From assembly GCA_964247055.1 (NCBI GenBank), contig OZ176055.1, forward strand, positions 5,642,001-5,706,000: a stretch of DNA of 64,000 nucleotides. The letters run 5' to 3'. Both the position numbers and the translations under genes were made by a program. Positions 1 to 14,137 of the stretch are shown piece by piece. The DNA comes from Paragordius varius (Eukaryota; Animalia; Nematomorpha). Numbering within the stretch: the first letter of the stretch is position 1; the number at the start of each line of letters is the position of its first letter. A model generated the notes under the pieces. The model made no database searches and was not told the origin of the DNA. It was given only the letters and a program-made list of their open reading frames with translations.

Positions 1-84
1 AAACAATAAATACTCGCATAAAAAGAAGTTTAAACCGAAGTTGGTCATAGAGTAATTCGAAAATTCCAATTACTAAAATAATAT

Positions 85-390
85 TTATTTTAATACTTTC
101 AATATGTTTCTCAAATAATTCAACAGGGGGTAAAAGTTGATTTGGAAAAAAAGCATCCACAAATGAAGGAAATCTAAATTAAATTTTAAAATACTCATCA
201 TATGCATGTTGAATTTCATTGGGCTTTTTTTCATTAATATAACGCTGAAAATTTTCAAAATAGTCAATGACCGGTTTAGGGATATCCATCTGTCAATGCT
301 TGATTTCGTAAAAAGAGTGCTTAGTATGGTTATAAATACAGTGTTGTATGGTTTATTTGATAACAGGTTATTAATATATTGTTTTAGCAT
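85..390 (-). pseudogene. Possible fragment of a rhodopsin-class GPCR-like membrane protein
   Basis: 101-codon ORF with hydrophobic stretches and SSIDRWISL, resembling the TM3 (S)IDRY motif. No clear start or splice context; stops on both sides. Confidence 0.25.
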
Positions 391-748
391 ATAAAATCAT
401 ATTTTATCATGATATTAATTATTGTTTGGATTTATAAATTACATAAAATGTTTAAACTTTATCTTTAGGGTTCTATGCCAGAATACCATCTCAATTTTAA
501 TAACTAAAAAATCTTTAATTCAAGCAATAATAGAATATATAAATTTTATGGCTGTTTAATATAAAAAATAATTGTAAAATGTAAAGCAATCCATTACTAT
601 AAAAAATATATAACGATTCTAAATCATAATTTATATCCTTATACTTTCTATTTTGTTAAACAGCGTTTAATTTTAAATATTTTGGAGGACACATTTAGAT
701 TGTAATGCAAACAGTAATATGTTAACCCTAATTTAGAACAAATTACAT

Positions 749-1230
749 TTACTTGGATACAACACATTCATTTCAGTCTTTCGATACAAATTTGGGGTAG
801 TTGAATACTCCATGCCTGTTTAAATTTAAATAAAATTCAAAAATATAAAATGAATTCAAACCATGGCAAAATGCACTCATATAACATTAATAAATTGAAA
901 TATATAAAGTTTATTCAAAAATACTTGATATTACTTATTAGGTAAAACCTTAAGGTAAAAATTTAGTCTATGTGTCCATTAGCTAAATTAAAAAATAATA
1001 CAAAATAAACCACTCTCCCTGCTTCTCAATGTTAGATGTGATTAAATAAAAAATTAGCTTAAATTTTTAAAATTAAACAAACACTATATTTTTCAAAAAT
1101 GTTTGATGTGAAACTTTTTTTTCAAAACTAAATTTTGTTTAGATATTTCAGCCTATTTATATATTTTTTACTAGGATAGAAGTATAAATTTAAACTAGGA
1201 CCGTTTCTTTCGGTAGTTTTTTTATATAAT
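749..1230 (+). mobile_element. TTAA/piggyBac-like MITE family A, 3'-truncated copy directly upstream of the next copy
   Basis: Starts ACTTGGATACAACACATTCATTTCAGTC and is collinear with copies at 1234, 3850 and 37478; ends before the 3' terminus. Confidence 0.8.
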
Positions 1231-1233
1231 TAC

Positions 1234-1801
1234 TTAACCCTTGTGTAACACATTCATTTTAGTCCTTCGATTTAATTTGGGGTAGTTGCATACCCCAGGC
1301 GTGTTTAAAACTAAATTCTTTAAAAAATATGAAATGAATTGAAATCATAGCAAAAGATTGCACCTATATAACCTTAATAAACCGAAATATATAAACATTT
1401 ATTTAAAAATACTTGATATTACTTATTTTAATAAAAAACCCAAAGATAAAAATTTAGTCAACGTGACATGTGTGCAATGGTAAAATTGAAAATAATACAA
1501 AAAAACCCGTTTTTCTATTTTTATCAATGTTAGATGAATTAAAATTAAAATTTAGCTTTAATTATTTCCTTAAAATAAAATGAAGACGATATTTTGCAAA
1601 ACTTTTGTAAAATAAAAATGGCGTCGAAATAGTTTTAGAACTTTTTTTGCAAAACAAAATTTTATCTAGATATTTTGGCTTATTTATATAATTTTTATTA
1701 TGATAGAAGCATTATTTAAATTGTTACAATTTCCTTCAGTTAAAAATAATAATTTAAATTAATGAGGTATTTAGATACCCCAATTTGAATCAAAATGTTA
1801 A
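1234..1801 (+). mobile_element. TTAA/piggyBac-like MITE family A, full-length copy
   Basis: TTAA at 1234-1237 and 1798-1801; left end ...AACACATTCATTTTAGTCCTTCGAT, right end ...GATACCCCAATTTGAATCAAAATG-TTAA. Confidence 0.85.
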
Positions 1802-3849
1802 GGGACAAAGACAGTCCAAAATATCTTAACACTTCACTACTTTTTTTTGTACAGACTTGTTTTGTGTTAGATTTAACCAAACTACTGTTTTAAGGGTTGT
1901 TTTGGTTAAAATTCAATTAACAAACATTGTTCTTCATTATAATTTTTTGTATTTTTTGTAGATAGAATTGAAAAAAATACATTAAAATCAATAAAAAAAA
2001 CTTGCTAGCATATTCTGTAAGGTTTTGAAGTTATTTTTTTGCATTCTTTTAATATACATTTATTTGGTTGTTGCGTTAGCGATTTAAAGATATCCAAAGA
2101 AAAAATGGCAGCGAAATTTGAGGTCTGGCTTTTTATTCAAAAACGTTGTGTGCCAAATATTTATTGAACAGCATAAGAATGACTTAAGCTTTTCATATAA
2201 TTAGTATTATCCAACTCTCTATGGTACGTCACCATCGGATTATTAAAAATCAACATCAATGCATCAGTATATAGCGCCGATATGAAAAAGACACTATAAA
2301 CCTGGGTTTTACAGAGAGGTGTCGGGTCCATCAAAAAATGACCGCCTGAAAAAATAAAAAAATGACTTTTGAATAGTTGGCTAAAGTTGTAATAATATTT
2401 ATTTTTAATAATTATTATGCATATGTTTTGGATGCATTAAAACTTAGAATCGATATTTCCCTGGAATATCGTATTTAAATTTTGTGCAGATTACAACAGA
2501 AGCAGCACATAATTAAAAAATTGCTGCTCTCCACTTTTTTGGGTCCACATATTTATGAGAATTGGCTTTTTTATTTATAAATGCTATCAAAACCAAACAG
2601 AAATCCCAAATCTCTGATAAACATTAAGAATCTTGGTTGAGAATCGCTTTGACTTAATTCGAACCAAATTAAATAAATTTTCTGAACTTTTGCACAGTCG
2701 GGCATTTTGAATATTTTTTAAATACACCTTATGGATGTTAACCAATTAATTGTGATATCTGCTGGAAAAAAACCGATTTACTAAAAAATATGTGGATGGA
2801 ATTATCAGCCATTTAAATATTTTTGACTATTGGTTCGTAACTGCATTGCTTTTTTTTAATTTCCTTAAATATTTTCATCACTATATTTGTTTTGTTTTCC
2901 CCTGTAATTTCATGAATGCAATCTTAATTCACATCATTATTACCGCATAAAATTAATTTGAAAAGTTTAATAAACGTTGTGAACTGCTTTATGTTAGTTA
3001 AAAAATTAAAATAGTTAGTAACGCATCGTCTCTTATATAAAAATTATTTTTGTATTTTGATACAATCTTCGAATTCAATTATAGAATGGTATTGACAAGT
3101 CACTCTAATCTGTAAAGCAGGCATATTCACCATTTGAAGTTTTGATTGAGTCATTTGATAGTATTTTTGGATCAATGCGAAAAAATTTTTTTCTAACGAA
3201 AAGCTCGCGACAAAAAGATGTGATCACCCCTGTAACCAATTACCTTTAACTGAACTACATGGATTTCAAGATCATCGAATGCTGATTCCAAGGACTATAA
3301 CACTAAAATTAAAATGTTTTAACATTATAAAGATGGGAGGGCACACCAAAACTAGGAAAAAAGTGCATAGGCTGTATTTTCCAACGGTGCTTAGACCGTA
3401 AGCAGAGCTAAAAACAACAACACTGACTACCATATTAGTATGCAATAAAAATTCTACACTAACTTACAAGTTAAAACCTGAAGCGAGGAGACCTTTGAAT
3501 TTTAGACCATTTAATGGATTTAAGCAAGAAACGTTTACCTAACAAATTGGATGAACCGATCACATGCTTCCTTATATTCCAAAAAATTATCATTTAATAG
3601 CTGTATATTTTTTTGAGTCGTGCCTGTAGATATATAAAAGATATTAACTATAAATGGGTATATAAACCACTGCGGAAATCGGGAGGTATAATTAAGGTGA
3701 CCAGACGTCCCGCTTTTGGTGGGATAGTCCCGCTTTGTTACGTTTATATAAAAAATTTTTTTTAAATACATTTAAATTTTTTATAAAAAATTTGTATTTT
3801 ATCCGTTTAAATGTTTTATCATTAGTTATCTTTAAAATCCATTTCTATT

Positions 3850-4419
3850 TTAACACTTGAATACAACACATTAATTTTAGTCCTTCGATTCAAATTGGGA
3901 TAGTTAAATACCCCATGCCTGTTTAAAATTAAATTCTTTAAAAAATATGGAAGGAATCAAAAACATGGCAAAATTTTGCACTTATATAAAATTAATAAAC
4001 CTATAAAAAAATTTATTCAAAAATACTTGTTTTACTTATTTTAAGCTAAAACCAAAAGGTATAAATTTAGTTAACGTAACATGTGTGCAATGGTAAAATT
4101 GAAAAATACAAAATAACCAGCTTTTTCTATTTCTATTCATTGTTAGAATGTAATTTAAATATATAATTAGCTTTAATTCTACCCTTAAAATTAAATAAAG
4201 ACGATATTTGCAAAATTTTGTAAAATAAAAATGGCGTCCTAGTAGTTTAATATCGAACTTTTTTTCAAAATAAAATTTTATTTAGATTTGGCATATTTAT
4301 ATAATTTTTATTAGGATAGAAGCATATATTGGGACCGTTTCCTTCAATAGTTTTTTAAAAATTCTAACTCAAATTTAGTCTGTGGTATTTAGATACCCCA
4401 AATCGAATCGAAATGTTAA
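3850..4419 (+). mobile_element. MITE family A nested inside hAT copy 1
   Basis: TTAA-CACTTGAATAC...GAATCGAAATG-TTAA. The equivalent position in hAT copy 2 (~18505-18520) has no insertion and a single TTAA. Confidence 0.9.
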
Positions 4420-4726
4420 ATTAAAATTTTTTTTATTTTTAAATTAAAAATATTTATTTTTTTCGAATTTATATCATATGAATAACTTTGCTTCCTACTC
4501 CTACTGCAAACATTATCAAAAAGACAAATTTACCACAAATCGGTAGCTTATACGCTTACTCCAGAAAATTAAGGTAATAAAATATTTTTTATACTAATAT
4601 TTTAATTATATTACCTGCCAACAATATCAATAAAACAAATCAATACCACAATTCGGTAGCTTATATGGGTACTCCAAAAAAATAAGGTAATATAATATTT
4701 TTTTATTCTAATATTAGTTTAAAAAT

Positions 4727-6560
4727 ATGAGTACAAAAAGAGGTTGTAAATTCAACGATGAGTTTATGAAAGAATTTCCCTCTATCAAAAAAACAAAGTG
4801 GAATCATTTGTTAAATGTTCTTGATGCGATGGGAAATTCAATCTAGAACATGGCGGCAAGGATATTAAAAAGCATATGGAAACACAAAAACATAAAAAAT
4901 GTTTAGATATGGCGGCATCATCTTACAAAATGAGCGATTTTTATCGAAAAACCGATTTCGGAGAAGAAGAATAGAATTTAGCATTAGCCGAAGGCGTTTT
5001 ATCTTTTCACGCCGTTAATCACAATCATTCCTTTAGATCTATGGATTGTAACTCACAGGTTATCCGTACGTTATTCCATAAAAAATTTTCATGTGCCCGT
5101 ACAAAGAAGCCATTGTATGCAATGTCCTTTCGCCACATGCATTTTCTGAAATACAAAAAAATTAGCTGAAAATTATTTCATATCGCTATACTCTGATGCA
5201 TCATATCACAAGGTAACAAAATTATTTCCCACTTCAAAAAGATATTTTGGTCCAGAAACTGGAGTAAAAATTAAAATTTTAGATTTGATTTCTCTACCCG
5301 GTGAAAACTCGACATAATTTTTACTTAAATAATGAATATTCTAGAAAAAAATTAATTTAAAAGACAAAATCATCGCATATTGCGCTGACAACACCAATAC
5401 GAACTTTGGGGGAAAAGCAAGGAGGGGGACAAAAATATTTTTCATAAATTAGCAGATAACCCTAATCAAAACATTATTGGCGTTGGGTGTGCAGCGCACA
5501 TAATACACAACAATATTCAAACAGCTGCTGATTTATTACCCCGGATGTGGAAATTATAGCTGTCAAAATATATTCCTATTTTTATACATATACGGTACGC
5601 GTTAAAACGCTCAAGGAATTTTGAGAAAATGCAGAAGTTCAATATCAAAAATGCTTCGATATTGTAAAACTCGTTGGTTAGCTCTTCTGCCAGCTATCGA
5701 AAGAATTTTAATAATGTATGATCTTTTAAAATCCTATTTTTTATCACAGGACAAATGTCCTTCAACTTTGGAAAAGTTTTTTAAAAGTGATTATGCAAAA
5801 ATATGGTTAGAGTTCCTACAAAATCAAGCTTTTCTCTTTTAAAATGTTATTAAATTGATTGAAGGTGACAAAATTTCGGCAATCGAAGTAGCCAATGAAG
5901 TTAATAACCCAAAATTTCAATGTCAAGAAAGGTTGAAAATAATTTTATACCATTAATCCGCAATATTTTTAGAGACACAAGGCTTATTAAATCGCTAAGA
6001 TATCCTGTACCATATAAAAATGTTTTATACAAATTGTAAAGATTATTTGGTACTGCAGGGTGCAATTCAATAAAATTAATCATTTTGATTGGATAACATT
6101 AAAACCTCAATTTAATTGGTGCGATTTAAAAATCATTTGATTACATCTGCATCTCCTAAAAATTCCCAAAAAGCAATCTTTCAGAAAATGATCATTTGTT
6201 CTGAAGTAACATTAGTTAAAAATATATTAATAATCAAAAACTTAAATTATGGACAACAGTAAAAAATACAGTAGAAAAGAAATGGTTAGAAATATTTCAT
6301 CATTTTGAAACAAACTATGTTCCATTCAATAATTTAAAAAAGTGGAATTCGCACTATCTTTACATGGAACCAACGCTGCTACTGAGCGCGTTTTTTCCAA
6401 AGAAGATCAGGTGTGGACATCGGAAAACTCTAATTTAAATGTTGAAACTTTAAAGGCCATTTTATCTCTCAAATATAATTTGACAAATTTTTGTTAAGAC
6501 TTCTACAATATTTTAAAAAATGATGGCAATCTGCTAAAACGCATTCACTCGTATAAAAAA
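4727..6560 (+). pseudogene. Frameshifted hAT transposase
   Basis: Fragments with DNTNTNFGG, CAAHIIHN and GTNAATERVF (hAT dimerisation-type) motifs, broken by stops and frameshifts; collinear with 18891-20610. Confidence 0.88.
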
Positions 6561-7623
6561 TATAATTGGGTTAAAAATAAATAAATATTACAATAAATTT
6601 TATGTATAAAAATTTTTGGTTGTACGCCCCCATCACCAGGCCTTCCCCCCTTTCTCAAATTTGTCCCGCTTTTTCCTTCAAAAAATCTGGTCACCCTAGG
6701 TTTAATGAATATCCTGGATATACATTGTCTGATAGGAAAAATCCTCCATATCAAAAAATGCAAAAACTACTTTTTTTGCAACTAATTTTTTCCGATTAAA
6801 CATTAATCATAACCTCTAAATGTTTTTAATAAAAATTGTAATAGATGAATGATACACGGTTCGATAGATAAAATATAAAAACAAAATAAAACTGTTCAAG
6901 GATCAATTAACTATAAATTTTAAAGGACACTCTTAAAGTGCAAATGGTATAAAATTAACTAAAGATAAAGCCGTGCCCCGATTAGAATTATTAGAACTGA
7001 AACCGGGCCTTAAATCTTTTAATGCAATTGCATATTAAAAATAATACAACCGTTCATGACAATATTACTTAAGGATTTTAAATATAAAATTATAATTTAT
7101 CCATAAAAATTAATTTTTCCTCCCGACAATTTTCCTATATGTAGCCTCAAGCTTTAAAATTGTTAAGGTTTATCACAAATCAGTTATTTAAAAATGCTTA
7201 GCTTTAACAGGACGCTAACGTGCATTAGAAATCAAATATTTTGTTAAAGAGAATGGATTCTGCTCTTCTGCCCAATCAGTAAGGCTTAAAATTTACGTCA
7301 ATCATATTCTACTAGAGCATAACCGATTTCAATATTTAATAAAAGTGCTAAAGTTTGGCAATACCATCTATTTTTAAACACAACGATCTTATGTGTACTT
7401 AAAAATTGTGAGGATTATTTCATAAATTAAAATGTTGATTATAATAAATAATATGAACTTGTACCTTCAAGTTGATCCCAAAATATTTTAGTGTTTAAAA
7501 TAAGAATATATTTTAAATTCAAATTGATAAATATTTCTTGTACCAAACTCAGTTGAGATTTAAAACATATAAAAAAATTTCTTTAAAATATATGAATAAA
7601 ATTATTATAATTCTTGTGCTATA

Positions 7624-10600
7624 ATGTTTCAATTGTTTATTTTATTGGGAGTCGTAACAATAAATCAAGCTGGTATATCATTAATATTAGTAATTCTAAT
7701 TTAACATATATAATTAAACTTTTATGTCATATTTATAGTTATACGGTTGTCAAATATCACCTATCTCCATCGATCAAAACCCGAAATCTATAATGGTCCA
7801 GGTAATACAAAACATTTATTAAGTGTAAAAATTTTTACATAACAAACGTAAAAATATAAAGCGAAATATTTTTTCAATATATCATTTACAGTTCAAATTC
7901 ACCCTAAAAATAAATTATGTATTTTCGAACTAATATAACTCATTATTAATATAAAATATATGTTTATGTTATAGTTTATCCTTTTTCAGTATTATTTTAA
8001 TTTAAAACAATATTTTTATTTTTTAAAAATATATAAAAATATTGGTAATTTTTAATCCTAAAAAATATATATTTTATTTGAGGGTGAAAACAGAATTGGG
8101 TGAATTTGAATTGTTCAAAGGTGAATTGGAATTGTTCAAGGGTGAATTTGAATTGTTAAGGGTGAAATTGAATTGTAAATGGTATATGTATTTAAAACCT
8201 TGATTTTTTAAACATAATTTATCGTTTTGAGTGCAAATTAGGGCATATTTAAATTGTTGAAATACAAACTATTAAGGTTTAAAAAGGTATTGGTCTCTTT
8301 ATAAAAAAACATATGTATAGCTTAAAATTTTTAGGTTTTGTCTGTACCATTTCAATTTATAATGTATATGTTTAATTAATTTACATTCTATAGACCATAA
8401 CGATAAGACACATTCAAATCAAGTGTATTGGGCACCCTACAAAGAAACTCAAAATAAAGTGCCTCTGAACGGTTCTTTTATAATTAAAATACTTTGTTAA
8501 ATAAATTAGGAAAGGACTCCCCTGTGATTACATTTTGTAATATTTTAGATGAATACATTCTGCATATTAATTTTTGATAAAACAAATAAAGATTTTTATA
8601 AAGCTCAAAAAAATACTCTTGTTAAATTAGGATATAATAAAGCGACATCCGACTTATGCCATATATTGAACAATATTTTCATTGTGACTATGAGGTCTGG
8701 GCAGGTGAGTGTGTTTGCCCTACAATTTGGAAATAAAAAAATGTATATTTTAAAATATAAAATAAAATTATCGAATTTAGGAATTTTATATTTATTATAT
8801 AAAAGTGTGTTTGAAATTTTTTGTTTCATGCTAATATATCATTACTTAAATTAGTGACCGAATTTATTGTCCCCAATTTTACCAGAATCGAAGATAAAAG
8901 TAATTAAACTATCCTAAAAAATCAAAAATTCAATTTAATTTCAGTTTTATGTTATATTAATATATTTTTGCATCATTTTCGTAGTACAATGGTTCCAAGA
9001 TCGTATATGCCTTATTTAATATTTCGATTCATATTCATATTATATCAAACTTAATTTTTTTACCGAATTTAGAGGCCAACAAAATCCGCAATTTTGACCA
9101 AAAAAGTAAATATATATTAAATTAAAAATATATAAATTTGGATAAGGATTTATATTATTTATATTTTATTAAAAATATTTTTTTAAAAATATTCGGACCA
9201 TAACTCAAATTTATATTTAAAATAGTACATCAAATAAATCAAAGAAGTATGTATAAGTTGAAATGTGATATGTAAAAAATATTTTTTTTAATTCATAACT
9301 AAATTTTAATTTAATTTTACTATAAACCATAGATAATACACGATTACTCATGTTGTTTGAATTAATGGGAGGTAAAATTTAATAATTTATTCAAATAACC
9401 AAAAATCAAGGAATTAGAAAGATTAAAAATTAAAATATTAAATACAAATAAAAGGTAAAAAGATTTTATAAAAAACAATATTTTTGGTTCCTGATTGGCC
9501 CTATTGATTAGAATCTTGACTATATTGCCAAGTTACAATTTTAAATCTTATTTGGGACGAAAAAGATTAAAATTCAAGGTGCTAAAACATGGTTTTTTAT
9601 AAAAAATCTTAGTATATTACTTTTTATTTTTTTAATTTTATTTTTTGATGTAAAATGCGTTTAAAAAATTGATTTTATTAATACAAAAATCAATATAGAG
9701 GCTAACACATAAGAGTTCTTTTTTATAAAAATACTGGCCTTTTTTCTTGATTAGGGTCCTAAATATGTAGCACTCTTTGCTTATAAAAAATGAAATAACT
9801 GCCTTTAACCTAATTATTGTTGTGAAAAGTTTTTAAAGTATGAAGTCAAAGTTATTTTTTGAATTCATATAAACGCCTTATCTATTTACAAACGGTTATT
9901 GTAATTCTATGGTGACAAGAGCTGATTAGAATCGATGATGAAATTATTTTTTTACATAGAAAAACCATTATATGAATAAATAGGATTGTTTTATTTTATT
10001 CTATAACATGGATTATATTTGTTTAGAATTGCTTCAGCTTCAAAAAACACTGACGTTTGGTAATAATTTTCACATTTTTACTTTATAAAATTTATGGTAA
10101 TTAAAAAATTATTTTTAGTATTGGGACCGTTTAATCCAACACTTGGTAAGTTGAGTGTGTATATATTTGGTTTAAAAATAAAAACCTTTTTTATCAATAT
10201 AAATACTATATTTTATATATAGTTTAATTTATACTACTAAAATATATTTTTCATTTCTCTAACAACTCGCATACCGAACAAATTGAATCATCTGCTTAAT
10301 ATAAATAAATAGGGACTTAGTAAAACTAGAATACAATTTCAATGTTTTGTTTTTTTTAACATCAATGTTAATTTCATGAAAATTTTTAAAAACAAAACTG
10401 CTGAGCATCAGTTTTTTGGGTTTGTATTTCTTTTGTGGGGACCCAAAATTTTTTTTACCTTGCGAGTTTTATCCAAAAATTTCAAAATCTAACATTTTAA
10501 AATCATATTACACATTATCAAATTAAGACATCCTTCAAAAAAATATATAGTAAACTATATGATGTGTGCTTAATAACCATTATCAAAAGTTTTATATTAT

Positions 10601-11944
10601 TATAATCTATATAATTTATATTTGACGCCATGATCAACGGATTTTGAGCTTATAAAATTAGTTTAAAGATTCTAAGTTGCATGTTATCTGATTTATTGGC
10701 GTATACTGGATTTCGTTTTTGATAAAACGAATTAAGGGGGTATAAAATTAATACATTGCCGAATTTTTATCAAAATTTTAAAAAAGTTACGCGTATATTC
10801 TCAGAAAAAGTTTGTAGATAGGATGCTTTTTTAACAAATTAGAAAAAGATAACTATCACATATACGAATCCTAAAATATTTACAATTATATTGTCAAGTA
10901 TATCCTCAAGCTTTATTATAATAGCATGTAAAAAAATCATTTTTTTAAAAAGATTTTGACAAGCATTATAATTTATAAACAAAGGTATGGGTGATTCAAA
11001 GACATCGAATTCAAGTTGCATGGATACACCGATAAAACCGCCTCAGATAGCGACTCTGTTAGAATCATTAAATAAATCAGGTTTTATAAATACTTTAAAT
11101 TTTAAAATGTTTAATATGATGCTTAGTAAAAATAGACAATTATCAAAATATAATAATAAACTTATAGTATAACGATATAAAACTAAATAAATTCTAATAT
11201 AATCATTTCATTACCTTTTGAATTTTTATATGGGGGGAGTTTAATTTGGGCTGTAAATTTTTGCTTTTCGATAGCCCACCCAATAGCTTATGTTGATGAT
11301 CCATTTTTCTGATTTTTGTACAAAGTCCTAATTTTTGAGTTATAATTGTATAAAATGAAAAATTTGGGTGTTGTATGAAGCCCTTAATAGGACAAAATTA
11401 AATAATTTAATATCAATCTCGTAATTTTGTAATCTATATTGTATATTAAATAAAAACTCTAATTATGCAGTTTTCAAAAAATAATATGTTAGTATTGTTG
11501 TTTAGTAAAATCAGAAAAAATTGTCAGCTTAACTTTTGAAATGATATTTTAGCAATTTTACATGTTTAAAGGTTTAAATATTATTTAAATGCGCCTAAAA
11601 TCATAAAATATACATTTTTTGTCAAAAGCATAGATATATTTAAATTTAACATCTCCTGGAGTATAAAAACCTGTTCCAGTGTTACAATTAAACGATATTA
11701 CTTCGATTTGACAAAGTATATTATAATAGAAACCTAAAATCTTTAATGTAGAATATATTATCTTTTGATTTGATTAATATTACAAAATTGTGTTATTCCC
11801 TACACATTAGATTTTAAATCAACCAAAAATGCTCTGAAATCGATCAAAAAATATGCAGAGGATTTGGCTCAAACACCGTTACCCAATACTCGTATTACAT
11901 TTAATTAAAACAAAAAATAATTATTTTCAAAACATTAATATATA

Positions 11945-11987
<43 letters not shown>

Positions 11988-12041
11988 AAGAGAAGAAGAT
12001 ACAGAAGTATGACAAATAAATATCAAACACAAAATAATTAA
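7624..12041 (+). CDS. 5' exon cluster of a secreted micro-exon-type gene (signal peptide MFQLFILLGVVTINQA). Exons 7624-7672, 7739-7801, 8394-8471, 8510-8536, [8631-8704 out of frame by 1 nt], 8855-8899, 8985-9002, 9073-9105, 9226-9246, 9333-9371, 10027-10059, 10119-10145, 10985-11080, 11811-11891, 11986-12006 (or terminal to 12041)
   Basis: ATG exon ends in phase 1. The following AG...GT segments are open only in phase 1 and are 63, 78, 27, 45, 18, 33, 21, 39, 33, 27, 96, 81 and 21 nt (all multiples of 3), GC-elevated over the flanks. No recognisable family. Confidence 0.7.
7880..8184. mobile_element. TA-flanked MITE family C (TIR TACCATTTACA) with 21-bp subterminal tandem repeats
   Basis: Ends TA-TCATTTACAG / TGTAAATGG-TA; repeated GGGTGAATTTGAATTGTT units at ~8090-8175; second copy at 30604-30947. 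Confidence 0.85.
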
Positions 12042-12050
12042 TTATACATA

Positions 12051-13585
12051 TACCATTTGCGATTCAAGAGTGTCCTCGAACACTTAAAATTGGTCCTTGA
12101 ACACTTCATGTTGGTCCTTTGGCTTTTTTGTTATGTTTTTAACTTTTATCATTAATCGTAAATTATTATATCTCTATTTAACATATACTTTAAATCAATA
12201 TCAATTTTTAATCCTCCAGAAACCCTATATCATCATTAAATTTTGAATATTTATATGAATTTTAATAAGATTTAACACGTAATCAAAAAAATAAGTTTTA
12301 TGGGTTATTTTACAATTCATTTAAAACATTCATAAGTTAATAATTTTGTTAAATTAGAAAAAAATAGTTTGAAACAAAAAAGTGGTTTCTTAATATTTTT
12401 TTTATTTTAAGTGAATCTATATATTTATAAAAATGGAAAATGCTGGCTTTGTGATCTGGTACAGGAAAACCGGTAGACCCAATCAAATCCAAATATCGAA
12501 AAAATATAATCATTAATGACGACAATAGCTTCGCCCTTTTTTTGAAAAAGGCCCCCAGTTCGGGCCCACCCCGTATGAAAAACGGTTTTTTTTTGAAAAC
12601 AGAAGTCCACAAAAATCGTGTATTTGAGACAATTTTCAACGTGTTGGACCATTCAATTTCAAATATGATTTTTGTTTACTTATTTTCGATTGCGCCGAAC
12701 ATAGTCGAGTCACTTTTTTGATTTAGGCCCTCTTTTTACCCGCTATCCCCGTAAAATGCCACCTTTTTCAAAAAACAAAGTCCACAAAAATAATTTTTTA
12801 AATCGATTTTTCGCCCTAGGTCTTAGACCGTAAAAATTCTATATAGATTCCACGTATTCCCTATTAAAAGGCAAAGATTTTAGTCTACCGTTTATTTGAT
12901 GATAGCTGCTGGGTAAGGAGCTACCCGCTAAAAACTGATTTTTCATATAACTTTGTGATCTGTTTCCGGAAAACCGGTGAACCCAATCAAATCCAAACAT
13001 CGAAAAAATTTAATCATTAATGAAAGCCCCGACAATAGCTTCGCCCTTTTTTGGAATTAGGTCCCCAGTTCGGGCCCACCCCGTGTGAAAAATGGGTTAA
13101 GTCAATTTTTTGGAGAACGTTTTGGCCCATTCAATTTCAAATATGATTTTGTTTACTTATTTTTGATCGCGCTGAACATAGTCGACTCACTTTTTTGATT
13201 TAGACCTTTTTTTACCCGCTACCCCCGTAAAATGCCATTTTTATCAAAAAAAAAGTCCACAAAAATAATTTTTTAAATCTATTTCTCCCCCAAGTAAACA
13301 ATAAATTAGTATGAATGCACCGTTTATTAAATAATTTTTCGAAATAATCCACATATGTAGATCATTTTATTGTCCCTTTTTTCAAATAACCCCCTCCCCC
13401 CAGAAGTCCGAAGGACTTCCTCGGGCTGCGTAGCAGCACGAGATTTATGCTAGTAAATTTATAAAAAAATAAGACAATCAGGTTAAAAAAAATATTAAAT
13501 AAATGCAAAAATTATGGTTAAATCCAAATTTAAAATTTTAGGACCAACTTGAAATATTGAAGATTCAAGGACACACTTGATATTC

Positions 13586-13592
<7 letters not shown>
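12051..13592. mobile_element. TA-flanked MITE family D (TACCATTTGC...), interrupted by a Helitron
   Basis: Left end TACCATTTGCGATTCAAGAGTGTCC matches the reverse complement of ~13540-13592. An isolated matching end also occurs at ~6890-6955. Confidence 0.6.
12416..13453 (+). mobile_element. Non-autonomous Helitron, copy 1
   Basis: A|TCTATATAT 5' end and CTAG|T 3' end, no TSD; 3' hairpins GAAGTCC-GAA-GGACTTC and GCTGC-GTA-GCAGC just upstream of CTAG; internal ~500-bp direct duplication; sister copy at 60534-62017. Confidence 0.9.
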
Positions 13593-13633
<41 letters not shown>

Positions 13634-14137
13634 CTTAATTAAATGCTTAATTAATCTTATTGAAACACACAATGTAAATGTAAATTGCAATGTGAGTGAG
13701 TTACATGTTGGATTTCGTTATTAAACCTCATCGTTAAATATTCATTTAGTTCCATTTTATAAAAATTTATATTTAGATTTAGAGTTTATTTAGCATCCAG
13801 TTAATGCTATCTTTCATTAATTTAGGACGATTTAAATAATTATGACAATTACAAAAATGTTACTAATATTCTCAGACTCCAATTATTTTTTAAAATTGGG
13901 AGGAATATCGATTCATTTTTTCCACAATTTTAGAAAGACTAACAAGAAAAAACCCCGTAAAAGGTATTGTATATGAACTTTATTACTTGATGCGATTTTT
14001 ACAACATTACATTCATCTAACTTACAAAAAAAGAATATAATACCGGGTTTAAAGCCTAAGATCTGATTCGATTAACCATAAAATTAAACAAGTTATATTA
14101 ATGATGGTTAATTAATTCTATAAATCTTAATATATAT

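Larger units (their letters stand above)
3693..6698 (+). mobile_element. hAT DNA transposon (Blackjack-type termini), decayed copy 1
   Basis: TIR TAAGGTGACCAGA / TCTGGTCACCCTA; 8-bp TSD GGTATAAT (3685-3692) / GGTTTAAT (6699-6706), 7/8 match; internal transposase remnant; subterminal TACCACAAATCGGTAGCTTA repeats. Confidence 0.93.

Noticed and set aside
2310-3640. Possible decayed DNA-transposon interior
   Set aside because: No recognisable transposase motif or paired termini.
8090-8180. 21-bp tandem repeats as a CRISPR-like array
   Set aside because: No unique spacers, eukaryotic context, and the units are subterminal repeats of MITE family C.
12349-12652. ORF-track ORFs 12349-12639, 12425-12652 and 61468-61713 as genes
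   Set aside because: They lie inside non-autonomous Helitrons and are not conserved as ORFs between the two copies.
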